From contig CAVSBO010000003.1 of the NCBI GenBank assembly GCA_963726195.1, positions 640,001 through 704,000 on the forward strand: 64,000 nt of DNA. Reading direction: 5' to 3'. Position 1 is the stretch's first letter. Each line of letters begins with the position of its first letter. Below the pieces are notes generated by a model. The model was not told the DNA's origin. It saw only the letters and a program-made list of their open reading frames with translations, and did no database searches. Origin of the DNA: Candidatus Thorarchaeota archaeon (GTDB lineage Archaea > Asgardarchaeota > Thorarchaeia > Thorarchaeales > Thorarchaeaceae). Below, piece by piece: positions 21,572-30,753 of the stretch. The position numbers were made by a program, and so were the translations under genes.

Positions 21572-22859
21572 CTAGAGCCAATCAAAAGCCTCATTCCAAG
21601 TGATGCTGGACCCTGAGAATGGATTCAGGTAGAGGACCTTGAAGAAATCTGATACGAATCCTTTCTCCGCTGCCTTATTGAATGTCGGCATGACGAAGTC
21701 CGTCTTCCCAACGTGGTATGTGAACACGTATGGTGCCCAAATATTGACACGGCCATCGTCTGTCTTGGGCTTGAAGAAGTCGGTTGTCGCTCTGGCGGAG
21801 TCTGGCGGCCTCAAAGCTCTTTCTGCGATATACGGGGTCACCTCTTCGACTCCCATTCCTTTGTCATTCATCATGATTGCAGCGTTGATGGAGACCATTC
21901 GTCTCAGTGAACTTCAGCTCTTCGAATGCCCTTGCGGTCGGACTCTCGTCAGCTATTCTCAAGAACTCCTTTGCAGAATCAGCCGAACCTTCAGATATCA
22001 CACTGCGACCTGTGTGAAGTGGAACGACACTCAGCTCAAGATACCGATTCTTGAGGTAGGCGCGCTCACGAAATAGATTATTGACGTGGTGTTCGTATTC
22101 ATGATAGATCACCGATAGTGACACTTCGCGGTTCATTGGATGGTCGACGTTGAACTCATTCATCGACTTGAAATCGCCAAGATAGTAGTTGTAGCCGCCC
22201 CAGGGCTTGTTCGTTACAGCCTTGTAGCGCACTCCGTTGTCGCGTATGCGTCCTCCGATTTTGGAGAAGACTCTCTCTTTGAACAGGCGGCCGACCTCGG
22301 AAGCCTTGTCTTGAAGCTCGCCCTCAATCAGATTCCTCAGAGGCTCGCCTCTGAGCTCTCCGGTCGTCATGAAGCGGTCGGCTCTTTCCCTCAAGTCCGC
22401 TCCCGGAAAACCAATGAAGGCCTCATCGGCACGTTGAATCTGCCGGTCGATGACACTCTCAGGGTAGGCCTTCATGTCGATGTTGAAGAGGCGTTTGACG
22501 AGCTGACCGTAGGAGATGTCAGCACCGCTAAGCCACTCTACTAGCGTTTGCAGGGAGTGTATTTCGCCGAGCAGATACTCTGTCCTCAATTGGTTTCGAA
22601 TGGTGCCCTTGATGTTGTCAATCAGAGGACCAATATCCTCCAAGATTGACTCTGGTTCCGTACTCCCAGTCTGCTTTTCCGGGGCCAGACTAGAAGGACC
22701 GAAGTAGGCGTCGACAATGCTGACGCCAGTGAGCCTTTCGCTGAAGTTGCCTATTCTACCACATGTCCGTACGTACTGCTCGACTGTTTTCACGCTCGAT
22801 GCCTCACTTGATGGTGAAATGGCATACCAGGATGTAGTTGTTTTAGACGGCTCTGCCAT
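21572..22859 (-). CDS. DUF885-like putative zinc metallopeptidase (frameshift near 21905)
   Basis: HEYEHH plus downstream EGSA in ORF 21864-22859; C-terminus WAPYVFTYHVG in ORF 21572-21898. Confidence 0.6.
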
Positions 22860-22954
22860 GGAGGGGAACCGGGAACGCCTGCTCGGTCATCCCTGTCAGA
22901 AATGTTAGTGGTAGCGTCTTGATTTGGTCTTTCTGGTTGTCCTTGGTTCTGTCT

Positions 22955-23359
22955 TTAGCCACTCGATTGTCCAGCGGAATCCGTGGGATTGCGTTTGCCT
23001 CGTTTCGGAAATCGGCTGAATAGTGGTAGATAAGCGCCAGCTACTGCAACCGCTAAGAAGTTCGAGTAGAGGAGTTCCATTACGTAGGTTCTTGGGAAGA
23101 AAGCAGCCACAATGGCATTGTTAAACTGAGACGATAGACTGAACCCGGCAAAACCAAACAAGAATAGCCCCACTGCAGCCGCAATACTCACTCTCTGCTT
23201 CCAGTACACATACGCGAAATCGCACTCGGCAGCGGCGATAACCAGTAGCCCTGATGAAAGAGTTCCAATTGACGGATTCGTTGCTTCAGGATCAGTCTGG
23301 AGGAATATGCAAATAACCTGAACAGTCTCCGACGTCAAAGCAGCAAATATGCCTATCAA
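22955..23359 (-). CDS. membrane protein (5' end uncertain)
   Basis: Four hydrophobic segments. Confidence 0.5.
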   Translation of the reverse strand: MIGIFAALTSETVQVICIFLQTDPEATNPSIGTLSSGLLVIAAAECDFAYVYWKQRVSIAAAVGLFLFGFAGFSLSSQFNNAIVAAFFPRTYVMELLYSNFLAVAVAGAYLPLFSRFPKRGKRNPTDSAGQSSG

Positions 23360-23752
23360 TGTCGGAATCGCAACTGATTTCTTCGTGTTGTGTCTCTCCT
23401 ATGGACTGCCAGCTCCTACAGCATCATAGAACGTGTAGATTCGAATTCTAAGATATCCATACAGCTTGAAGCCATATATAGTGATGAAATTCGCGCGACC
23501 CGGGACGACTCTCAACCACCAAATCCACCGTGGCTCTCATTTGTTAACCCAGACAAGAGATTCCACTTCAAATGAAGCATCGATGGACTAGTAGTCTTCC
23601 GACTTGCTGCCACACAACAAGTGGTCAAGAGCATCTACAGATGGTTTTCTTATTTCCGACGATCCACCACCTTCTCCTGTTCTTCGTCGCAAGGATGCAA
23701 GGCGCGAGATTCAATAGGGGCGGCGGTCAGCCGCTTGATAGGTAAGCGTAGC

Positions 23753-24109
23753 ATGCCAAAAAAAGGTGGGTCTTCAAAGCGTAATATCGCGCTTCTACTC
23801 GTCGTAGTAATAGTTGTGACGATTGGAATCATTGCATCACACGATGGCCTTATTGGCACAACAAGCATTGCAGATATCAACAATGGCAACGTTCCGAACG
23901 GTACCCAAGTGGTCGTGAAGGGTGAACTCACAGCTCGCTTGGGCGATCTTCACACCGTCACCGTGCTAGGCGGCAGTAACACTCTTCTCTTCACCTGGTC
24001 CGGGTCCTCTCCGTCCCTGCATTCAATAATCGTGGTCCGGGGCACTGTCAGCTCAATAGTTACGCTCTCAGATGTCTCATCAGTTGATGTCGTGTGGGTG
24101 TTCAGATAG
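23753..24109 (+). CDS. small membrane-anchored protein, possible OB-fold
   Basis: MPKKGGSSKR + TM, then SIADIN...GTQVVVKGEL...IVVRGTV pattern. Confidence 0.6.
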   Translation: MPKKGGSSKRNIALLLVVVIVVTIGIIASHDGLIGTTSIADINNGNVPNGTQVVVKGELTARLGDLHTVTVLGGSNTLLFTWSGSSPSLHSIIVVRGTVSSIVTLSDVSSVDVVWVFR

Positions 24110-24152
24110 ACAAAGAGTGAGCCGTTGGAGAAACGTATTGTCAGGACATCAA

Positions 24153-24908
24153 TCACATTCGAAGGGTGGCCCGTCCGAACACGCGTTCCGAGCCATCCTT
24201 CTGGCGAAGTGTGAAAGTCGCCTCATTCTTTGATATCGTGATTTGTGACATCACCTGAGTTGCTGCTCCTCTGAGTCTTCGAGAGAGCAGAGTGCCAGTG
24301 TTGTATAGGACCATCTCATTCAGTCGCCAGAACCATGGAACGTGGCGATGACCATTCAGGACAAGGGAACACTTAGTTTGATCGAGAACGCCTAGAACAT
24401 CTCCTGCGTCTTCCACAACGTTATGCTCACGTCCTGTAAACGGAACAGCCACGAGATGATGGTGAACAGCAAAGACTCGAACCTTGTTATGAGCCTTGCC
24501 GAAGAAGTCAGTGATGAAGGGATACTGCGCCCGCCCGACATGGCCTGCGTCATTGTCTGGCTCTGCGCTGTCCGCGGCATAGATGGCTATGTTCTCATCT
24601 TCGTATGTCTTGAAGCGGGGACCAAACAGGTGCTCGAAGTGAGCAGACCCGTAGTTGCGCTCATCGTGGTTTCCGGGTATGATGACCTTGGGAATGGAAA
24701 CGTCTCCAATGACCTCTGCAAACGCATCATATTCCTCCTTGAGACCCTCAGTTGTAAGGTCGCCTGTCACAAGCAACATTGGGGAAACTACGTCTCTTGC
24801 CCGCTTCTCGACAAAATCGATGATCTGCTTGAAGTCATCAATGCTCACTCCCTCCTCTCCAATGTGGACATCACTCATGTGAAACAATGTCATTGACTTG
24901 TTTGCCAT
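24153..24908 (-). CDS. calcineurin-like metallophosphoesterase (Icc/CpdA-like)
   Basis: SDVH, TGDLT, PGNHD, HHH, GHRH motifs; its ATG directly follows the TAG of the upstream gene (TAGATG). Confidence 0.92.
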   Translation of the reverse strand: MANKSMTLFHMSDVHIGEEGVSIDDFKQIIDFVEKRARDVVSPMLLVTGDLTTEGLKEEYDAFAEVIGDVSIPKVIIPGNHDERNYGSAHFEHLFGPRFKTYEDENIAIYAADSAEPDNDAGHVGRAQYPFITDFFGKAHNKVRVFAVHHHLVAVPFTGREHNVVEDAGDVLGVLDQTKCSLVLNGHRHVPWFWRLNEMVLYNTGTLLSRRLRGAATQVMSQITISKNEATFTLRQKDGSERVFGRATLRM

Positions 24909-27038
24909 CTATCGGAAACCTCCGGAAACGCATGCGGAGTGACAAGCTGAGTGGCATGCTGAGTGGCACACACATGCGGAGTGGCAAGCTGAATGGCAAG
25001 CACTGTGACACGCATCGTGCGACACACATGCACTGTGACACGCATCGTGCGAAACGCATCGACTAGTCCCCTCGAGGATCGGTTTGAGAGGCTCTGTGAT
25101 TATCTTGCCGACATTATCAACTACTTTCCCTATCGTGGACGCAACATTCGTGATTATCTGAGAGGTCGCCGTTGCCACGTCACCCATGGTCCGCCCGATA
25201 TCAGATATCGCATGCCCAGTTGCCGTCGATAGGTCTCCGAACCAGGTCGGAATCTGTGGCGGCGCTGTAGCACCCACCGGGCGAGAGAACGAATCGTGGA
25301 TGTACGTGTCGTGATGTGGGTTCATGTAGAGCCAATACCAAGCCCAGCCGTGATAGGACCCAGTGAAGTAGTAGTCTGCGCGGGCATCGACCGTGGGATT
25401 GGACTGTAGCTCCTGCCAAGCTCCCTCAGCGAGTTTGTCATGCTCCGCCTTCGTGGCCTCGAAATCGGCCTGCCAAGACTTCTTCTGTACTTCATCGGCC
25501 AGACGCTCAATGAGATCGTCAACCTTCTCGGGCGCAAACTCATCGTCTACGACTGCGTCGACAAGCATCTGTTCATAGTAAGTCAGTTCCTCGAGTTCAA
25601 TTCCCGTGACTGAGACTTTCAGAGGATCTACAGAGAGTACCCTCAATGCGCCCTTCTTGACACACGACATCAGTATCATGGACACTATTTTCTGCCTGCT
25701 TTCATTTACGAAGAAGGCTGACTCAACTGGATCGAGTTCAGCGACTGTTCCGGGCTTGCCGAGAGTCTGGATTGCTATCTCAGGTTTCTTGTATACTCCC
25801 GTGGTTTCGTCAGGCTCCCACTTCGCTCCATAGTGCGAGGTAGTCTTCTTGTAACCATAGTACGCAATCCCTAGGAATGCGACGACTCCGAACCCAAGAA
25901 CGAGCGCGCTCGGAGGAATCAGTGGCGGGATGTACTCTGCAACATAGACGTTCACTGTGAATACCAGCCACTGCGACACATTTAGGCTGGATGACGATAC
26001 TTGGAACGTCACTGGCAAGATTGCCGGCACATTCTCAGGCACGAATTCATACGTCAGGAGTTGGCTTTGTCCTCCGACCATAGTACCGATGTATGTTGAT
26101 GCCTCACCGGATGTCATGGTTAGATTCGCTGGGACTGCTACGCTGACAGTCACATCATGCAGGTCGGCGTCACCGATGTTGAAGATGCTCAGGTCAACGT
26201 TGAATGGTGTGCTGGCCTGTGCGTTAATGTTGGGCACAACATTGTATCCCAGCGCACCGGGTTGCACGTAGGCCGCATAGAATGACCAGTTCGTATAGTG
26301 GAATACTCTCAGATGCTCCTGCGTGTAGGCGGGGTTAGCAGTCAGACTGACACTGAAGTTCCTGGGCGAAGCAGAAGGATTAGATGGGTATGCCAGAAGA
26401 CTGTATGAATCGAAGCTCCGTTCACTGCTTCCACTCCAAATCCCCTGTCGAGAGTCCACAACATACCCGGAGTAATTTGCACCCTGTTGAGTTATCCCTC
26501 CTTCCCCTGTTATCCACGAAGGCTGCATCACGATTGGGTAAATCACACGGATGTTCTCCATGTCAACCCTCTGAGACCACTGGGCTGGTGCCCAGTTGAA
26601 CACGCCCATTTCAAGCGTCTGTTGGACTATCCGACTAGTGCTGAAATACCCGAACACAACAGTGACTGTGTTTCCACTCTGAGTCCGTGGAGTCCAGTCC
26701 AAGCCATATCCGCCCGATTTGGTCGTGACAATGAGACTGTAGGTGTTGCCGCCCATCTGGACATACGCCCGGCTGGGATCATACACGTTCGACTCCTGTA
26801 TGCCAAGCAAATCAAAGCCCCCAAGCGAGCCGCTGGTCACTGTGAAATTCATCCAGTAGGTGACATTGATGCGCCCATTCGGCAGAACAACCACGTCAAC
26901 GAGTACGCCATCAATATTCACAACAGGGCTCTGACTTGGGACAGCTGCCGTGCTGAAAAGTGGTGACAGGAATAGTGCGGAGAGGACTACGACTACGGCG
27001 AGCAAAGACCTATGACCCGAAAACCCCTTTCTCTTCAT
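24909..27038 (-). CDS. DUF2207-like single-pass membrane protein with a C-terminal Cys/His-rich (CHSA)n tail; putative radical-SAM modification target
   Basis: Signal peptide from MKRKGF, extracellular beta domains, TM at about aa 397-417 of the ORF, cytoplasmic LDPVESAFF/KKGAL/LTYYEQMLV region, then the tail CVSHDACHSACVSHDACHSACHSACHSACVCHSACHSACHSACVSGGFR. Confidence 0.8.
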   Translation of the reverse strand: MKRKGFSGHRSLLAVVVVLSALFLSPLFSTAAVPSQSPVVNIDGVLVDVVVLPNGRINVTYWMNFTVTSGSLGGFDLLGIQESNVYDPSRAYVQMGGNTYSLIVTTKSGGYGLDWTPRTQSGNTVTVVFGYFSTSRIVQQTLEMGVFNWAPAQWSQRVDMENIRVIYPIVMQPSWITGEGGITQQGANYSGYVVDSRQGIWSGSSERSFDSYSLLAYPSNPSASPRNFSVSLTANPAYTQEHLRVFHYTNWSFYAAYVQPGALGYNVVPNINAQASTPFNVDLSIFNIGDADLHDVTVSVAVPANLTMTSGEASTYIGTMVGGQSQLLTYEFVPENVPAILPVTFQVSSSSLNVSQWLVFTVNVYVAEYIPPLIPPSALVLGFGVVAFLGIAYYGYKKTTSHYGAKWEPDETTGVYKKPEIAIQTLGKPGTVAELDPVESAFFVNESRQKIVSMILMSCVKKGALRVLSVDPLKVSVTGIELEELTYYEQMLVDAVVDDEFAPEKVDDLIERLADEVQKKSWQADFEATKAEHDKLAEGAWQELQSNPTVDARADYYFTGSYHGWAWYWLYMNPHHDTYIHDSFSRPVGATAPPQIPTWFGDLSTATGHAISDIGRTMGDVATATSQIITNVASTIGKVVDNVGKIITEPLKPILEGTSRCVSHDACHSACVSHDACHSACHSACHSACVCHSACHSACHSACVSGGFR
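24912..25058 (-). repeat. coding tandem repeat: seven CHSA units plus two CVSHDA units
   Basis: 12-nt units TGY CAY (AGT/TCA/TCC) GCW, plus a duplication with 30-nt period (TCGCACGATGCGTGTCACAGTGC twice). Confidence 0.95.
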
Positions 27039-27132
27039 TCGACGCACACCGCCCGTGCAAGAGGAATTGGCCAGAGCAAGTGTATCATTTTCTTCCATGA
27101 CCCATTCAGCAACAGTCTGCGTTACTAATCTC

Positions 27133-27528
27133 TCATTGGCCCTTTCTGGCCCGATGCATTTCTGCCTGTGCCGTAGTTAGCTCTGACAAGTCAGCTTTCG
27201 CTGCAGCCCATTCTCCCAGTTCGGGAAATGCGTCAACCATCCCGCTCCAGACAACGTGATATGCTTTCTTCAGTAGAACTGCGGCGTCTGAGTCCTTTCC
27301 AACATACTCGAAGAAGCATTTCACCATGACCGGTGTCTGATCTGAAACGTTGGCCGGTATCTCTGTGCCAAAGCCCGCGAAAGCAACATCGAGCTCGTTT
27401 AGAACATCCAATCTCTCTCGTAGACCTGCTGCGAGAATGGGTAGGTCCATGTCATAAGCACTGAAATGCATGACCAGTTTCTTGCCACTTATTGTGCCGT
27501 ATGGCAGTTTTGTTTCGCTCGAACTCAT
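27133..27528 (-). CDS. hypothetical protein
   Basis: 131-aa ORF, co-oriented immediately upstream of the Cys/His-tail gene. Confidence 0.7.
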   Translation of the reverse strand: MSSSETKLPYGTISGKKLVMHFSAYDMDLPILAAGLRERLDVLNELDVAFAGFGTEIPANVSDQTPVMVKCFFEYVGKDSDAAVLLKKAYHVVWSGMVDAFPELGEWAAAKADLSELTTAQAEMHRARKGQ

Positions 27529-27648
27529 AGCGCGATGACTCCAACATTATGCTGGTTAACAGTCAGGTCTACGAGTTGATAAGCCTTTCAGGTCATGGTT
27601 GCTCGTTCAGAAGCATTAAGAGGATTCCCGCTCCTTCCGAGGACAGAC

Positions 27649-29070
27649 ATGGAAGCCCAAACCTACACCTATGCTCTCGAGGATCTCTCGTGGGTTCCCA
27701 AATTCATGGATGAAGTAAAGGACTTCTTTTTTGCGAGACCTGAGGACAACCTACTGATTCTCAGGCCCAACAAGACCATGCACCTCAACGAAAGTGCCAT
27801 GACTATGTTGAGGATGCTTCTAGATGGAAAAAACCCAGAACACGTTGTCAATCACTTTGTGACACACTTCGGTGCAGACAGACAGGTCGTTTTGAACGAC
27901 CTTGCCGCCTTTGTCGAGGACCTCCGAAGAATGACAATCGGTGATCAGAACATACTTGCTTACAAGACCGCAAAAATCATCCCGTTTGGCTCAGCAGAGA
28001 TAAGATACCCTGTCCTTGGTGAGATTGCACTCACCTATCGATGCAACAACAAGTGCAAATTCTGCTACGCATACTCTCCATATCGCGAATCGAAGGAGAT
28101 GTCCACGGATGAAGTCGAGCGCATCATAGACATAATTGTGAGAGACGCTCATGTTCCCAGTCTTTCGTTCACGGGAGGGGAACCCACTCTTCGCGATGAT
28201 CTCTTCGAACTGATATCTTACGGTCGCAAGAGAGGACTACGAATGAACCTCATAACCAACGGCAGAAAGTGCGCGGAGAGTTCATTTGTCAATCGACTTG
28301 TCGAAGCCGGGCTCAACAGCGCCCAAGTTTCAATCGAGGGCCCAAACGCTCGCGTTCATGATTCGATAGCGGCATCGGAGGGCGCTTTTGACCAGACAGT
28401 GAGAGGCATAAAGAACCTCAAGAAGAGCGGCATCTACACTCACTGCAACTCGACCATATGCAAGATGAATGCTGATTCTCTGATGGAACTCGTCGACTTC
28501 CATGCGGATGAACTCGGCCTGACCTATTTCAGCATGAATATGGTAATCTACACAGGCACGGCGGCAAAACTGCGCGACGAATTGATGATATCCTACTCGG
28601 AGATTGGAGATATCGTGAGGCGCGTGAAGCATCGCGCGAACAAGAAAGGATTGCAGTTCGTCTGGTATGCTCCGACACCCGTTTGTCTGTTCAATCCTAT
28701 CGCCCATGGACTTGGGGCCAAGAGTTGTGCATGCTGTGATGGTCTGCTCTCTGTCGACCCGGAAGGTGGCCTCTTGCCGTGTTCGAGCTTCAGTGAGCCC
28801 GTGGGTAACCTGCTCAACGACGGATTCGAAAAGGTGTGGTACTCAAGAGCAGCCCGATTTTGGCGGGCCAAGGATTTCGCACCCGAAGGCTGCAAAGCCT
28901 GCGGCCACTTTTCATATTGTACGGCCGCATGCCCTCTCTACTGGGATGTTTTCGGATATGAGGAGATCAAACCGTTCTGGCCGGAAAAGACCAAAATCGG
29001 ACAGGCGATAGATGATGCGAGACTTGGTCTGAGAAGAAAGACAAGAGGAAGCCAGCATGGTATAACTTAG
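27649..29070 (+). CDS. radical SAM/SPASM peptide maturase with an N-terminal PqqD/RRE domain
   Basis: LNESAMTMLRMLLDGKNPEHVVNHFVTHFGADRQVVLNDLAAFVEDL (RRE); CNNKCKFC; TGGEP; SPASM CACC...PC...GNL...CKAC...CTAACP. Confidence 0.92.
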   Translation: MEAQTYTYALEDLSWVPKFMDEVKDFFFARPEDNLLILRPNKTMHLNESAMTMLRMLLDGKNPEHVVNHFVTHFGADRQVVLNDLAAFVEDLRRMTIGDQNILAYKTAKIIPFGSAEIRYPVLGEIALTYRCNNKCKFCYAYSPYRESKEMSTDEVERIIDIIVRDAHVPSLSFTGGEPTLRDDLFELISYGRKRGLRMNLITNGRKCAESSFVNRLVEAGLNSAQVSIEGPNARVHDSIAASEGAFDQTVRGIKNLKKSGIYTHCNSTICKMNADSLMELVDFHADELGLTYFSMNMVIYTGTAAKLRDELMISYSEIGDIVRRVKHRANKKGLQFVWYAPTPVCLFNPIAHGLGAKSCACCDGLLSVDPEGGLLPCSSFSEPVGNLLNDGFEKVWYSRAARFWRAKDFAPEGCKACGHFSYCTAACPLYWDVFGYEEIKPFWPEKTKIGQAIDDARLGLRRKTRGSQHGIT

Positions 29071-29083
29071 CTCGCCGAGTTTC

Positions 29084-29804
29084 CTACTTGACACCGACCG
29101 TGTTCACTATGACTCGTCCGCAATATGGGCAGGTCTCTTCCTCACCAGGCAAGACAGGTTTTGCCAGCTTACCACCGCAGAATGGACAGGCTGTTACGGC
29201 TTTGGGGAGCTGTGATACGGCCTCCGATGTATATACGACCCTCGAGTTCTCATCAACGACGCCCCGAAACTTGCCCTCCTTTGACAGCTCTCTCAGGGCC
29301 TCGATAATCTGGGTATCATTGGCCTCCGTAACGGCCGATACCTGGTCGAAAGTCATTCTTCTCTGGGCTAGAAGAAGGTGAAGAAGGCTCTCCTTGAGCG
29401 TGACCGCACGAGGGCTGACGATTTCCCAGGATCGTTGATCGAGATACACCAATGGAAGCTGGCGCCGAGCAAGCTTCTCAGCTGCTTCGGAAACAGCCTG
29501 GGTGTCAGCCTTCAATTCTCTTGCAGCTGCATCGACGCTTATCCTACCCTGTTTCTGAACGAGTGGAATCAACCGAGCGGACACATCACTAACACGACCT
29601 TCCCGCATACCCCTGGACACCAACCAGAGCCCTATTGCCAACTCAGGGAGTCCAAGTATTCCCCAAGTCTATCATACCGGAAACCAGCAAGGTTCCCAAT
29701 TCCCCCGGCACACTCACTGTGGCAGTATACACGAGATAGGCCATAGCTGCAGCAAGTATCACCAAGATGATACCTAGTAGCTGCACAAACCTTGGGTTCA
29801 CCAT
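29084..29804 (-). CDS. membrane protein with two winged-helix/PCI-like domains and a C-terminal zinc ribbon (frameshift in a G4 run near 29662)
   Basis: MVNPRFVQLLGII... TM segments; ISVDAAAREL; ELSKEGKFRGVVDENS; CPFC...CPYC. Confidence 0.7.
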
Positions 29805-29936
29805 TCTAAGCCTAGAATAAGGATATCTTCTCCCTCAGTTATACCTTCTCCTCGCCGCCGGTATCTGTGCGCACAATAGTTTTATTAGCTAAGGCAACAA
29901 CTCCGGTACAAGTCAGACCGAGAGGATGAATATCTC

Positions 29937-30353
29937 ATGGTTATAGACCGAGAGGGAGCAACTAGCGCAGTAATCCTACGCCTGAATACTGGGAAACCTG
30001 TGGAGTTCCCAGCTGAGTTCGTTGCTGATATTGGGGAGAAAGCTTGCCCTCACTGTGCTGCATCACAAAGACAAAGTCGTCAAGCTGTTTCCTGTTTCCA
30101 GTGATGTCATCTATCTTCTGAGGATAGAGATTAGTGACCTTTCACGCAACTTCCTCAAGCAGCTCAACTTCGCGTTCAACGATGCTAAGCTCAACGATAT
30201 CATCTTCACCACTGGCGTTTGTCTCAGGGGAGAACGCTGTTATTACGAATGCTATTTTGTCCCAGACCAGCTTGTCGTGACGCTGCGGGAGCTAGAGGAT
30301 AGTCTCAAGAAATCCCAGGTGTCTCAAGAGTAGTATTGCGTAAGGTGGACTAG
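29937..30353 (+). CDS. hypothetical protein, possible ACT-like domain (two apparent frameshifts)
   Basis: ATG 29937 joins ORF 30022-30333; the corrected end reads LKKIPGVSRVVLRKVD. Confidence 0.5.
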
Positions 30354-30753
30354 TGGCAACTGGCCGATAGCACGACAGGTCAACAGCCTTAGAGTGAACA
30401 ATGTCTCTCGCCTAATTAGTGCGGAATAGGCGAGTTTGGGCGCCGCGGCACTCTGAACAATCCTTGAGCCACGTTTTCCTTTCGATTTGGGAACTCACTA
30501 CCTGACCGTGTCATCTCCAGTCAACTTGCGGTGGTTTCTCAGATTGTGCGGGGTGTACGATTCAAGGAACAGCCAAAGAATCTGCTCCGGGTCTCTTTTG
30601 ATTCCGTAGGACTCAAAGGACTTCGCGACATCGAATACGACAGAAGCATTTATCTCTGGATAGTCTCGCGGGTCTGCAGTTTCCGTCTCGCAATTCCGAG
30701 GCCGACAACGAGACTGATGAACTGATGTTGTGCACAGAAAGAGACGAGAAAAG

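Noticed and set aside
24912-25058. Short DNA repeats as a CRISPR array or VNTR
   Set aside because: The 12-nt units have no spacers, lie in frame, and vary at synonymous positions, so this is a coding peptide repeat.
24871-25059. 62-aa alternative-frame ORF (MRFARCVSQCMC...) as a separate RiPP precursor
   Set aside because: It is a shifted-frame shadow of the repeat. Codon variation preserves CHSA in the main frame, not in this one.
30360-30750. Possible small gene upstream of xpb (ORF 30531-30725)
   Set aside because: No recognisable motif or clear start; cannot be supported from the sequence alone.
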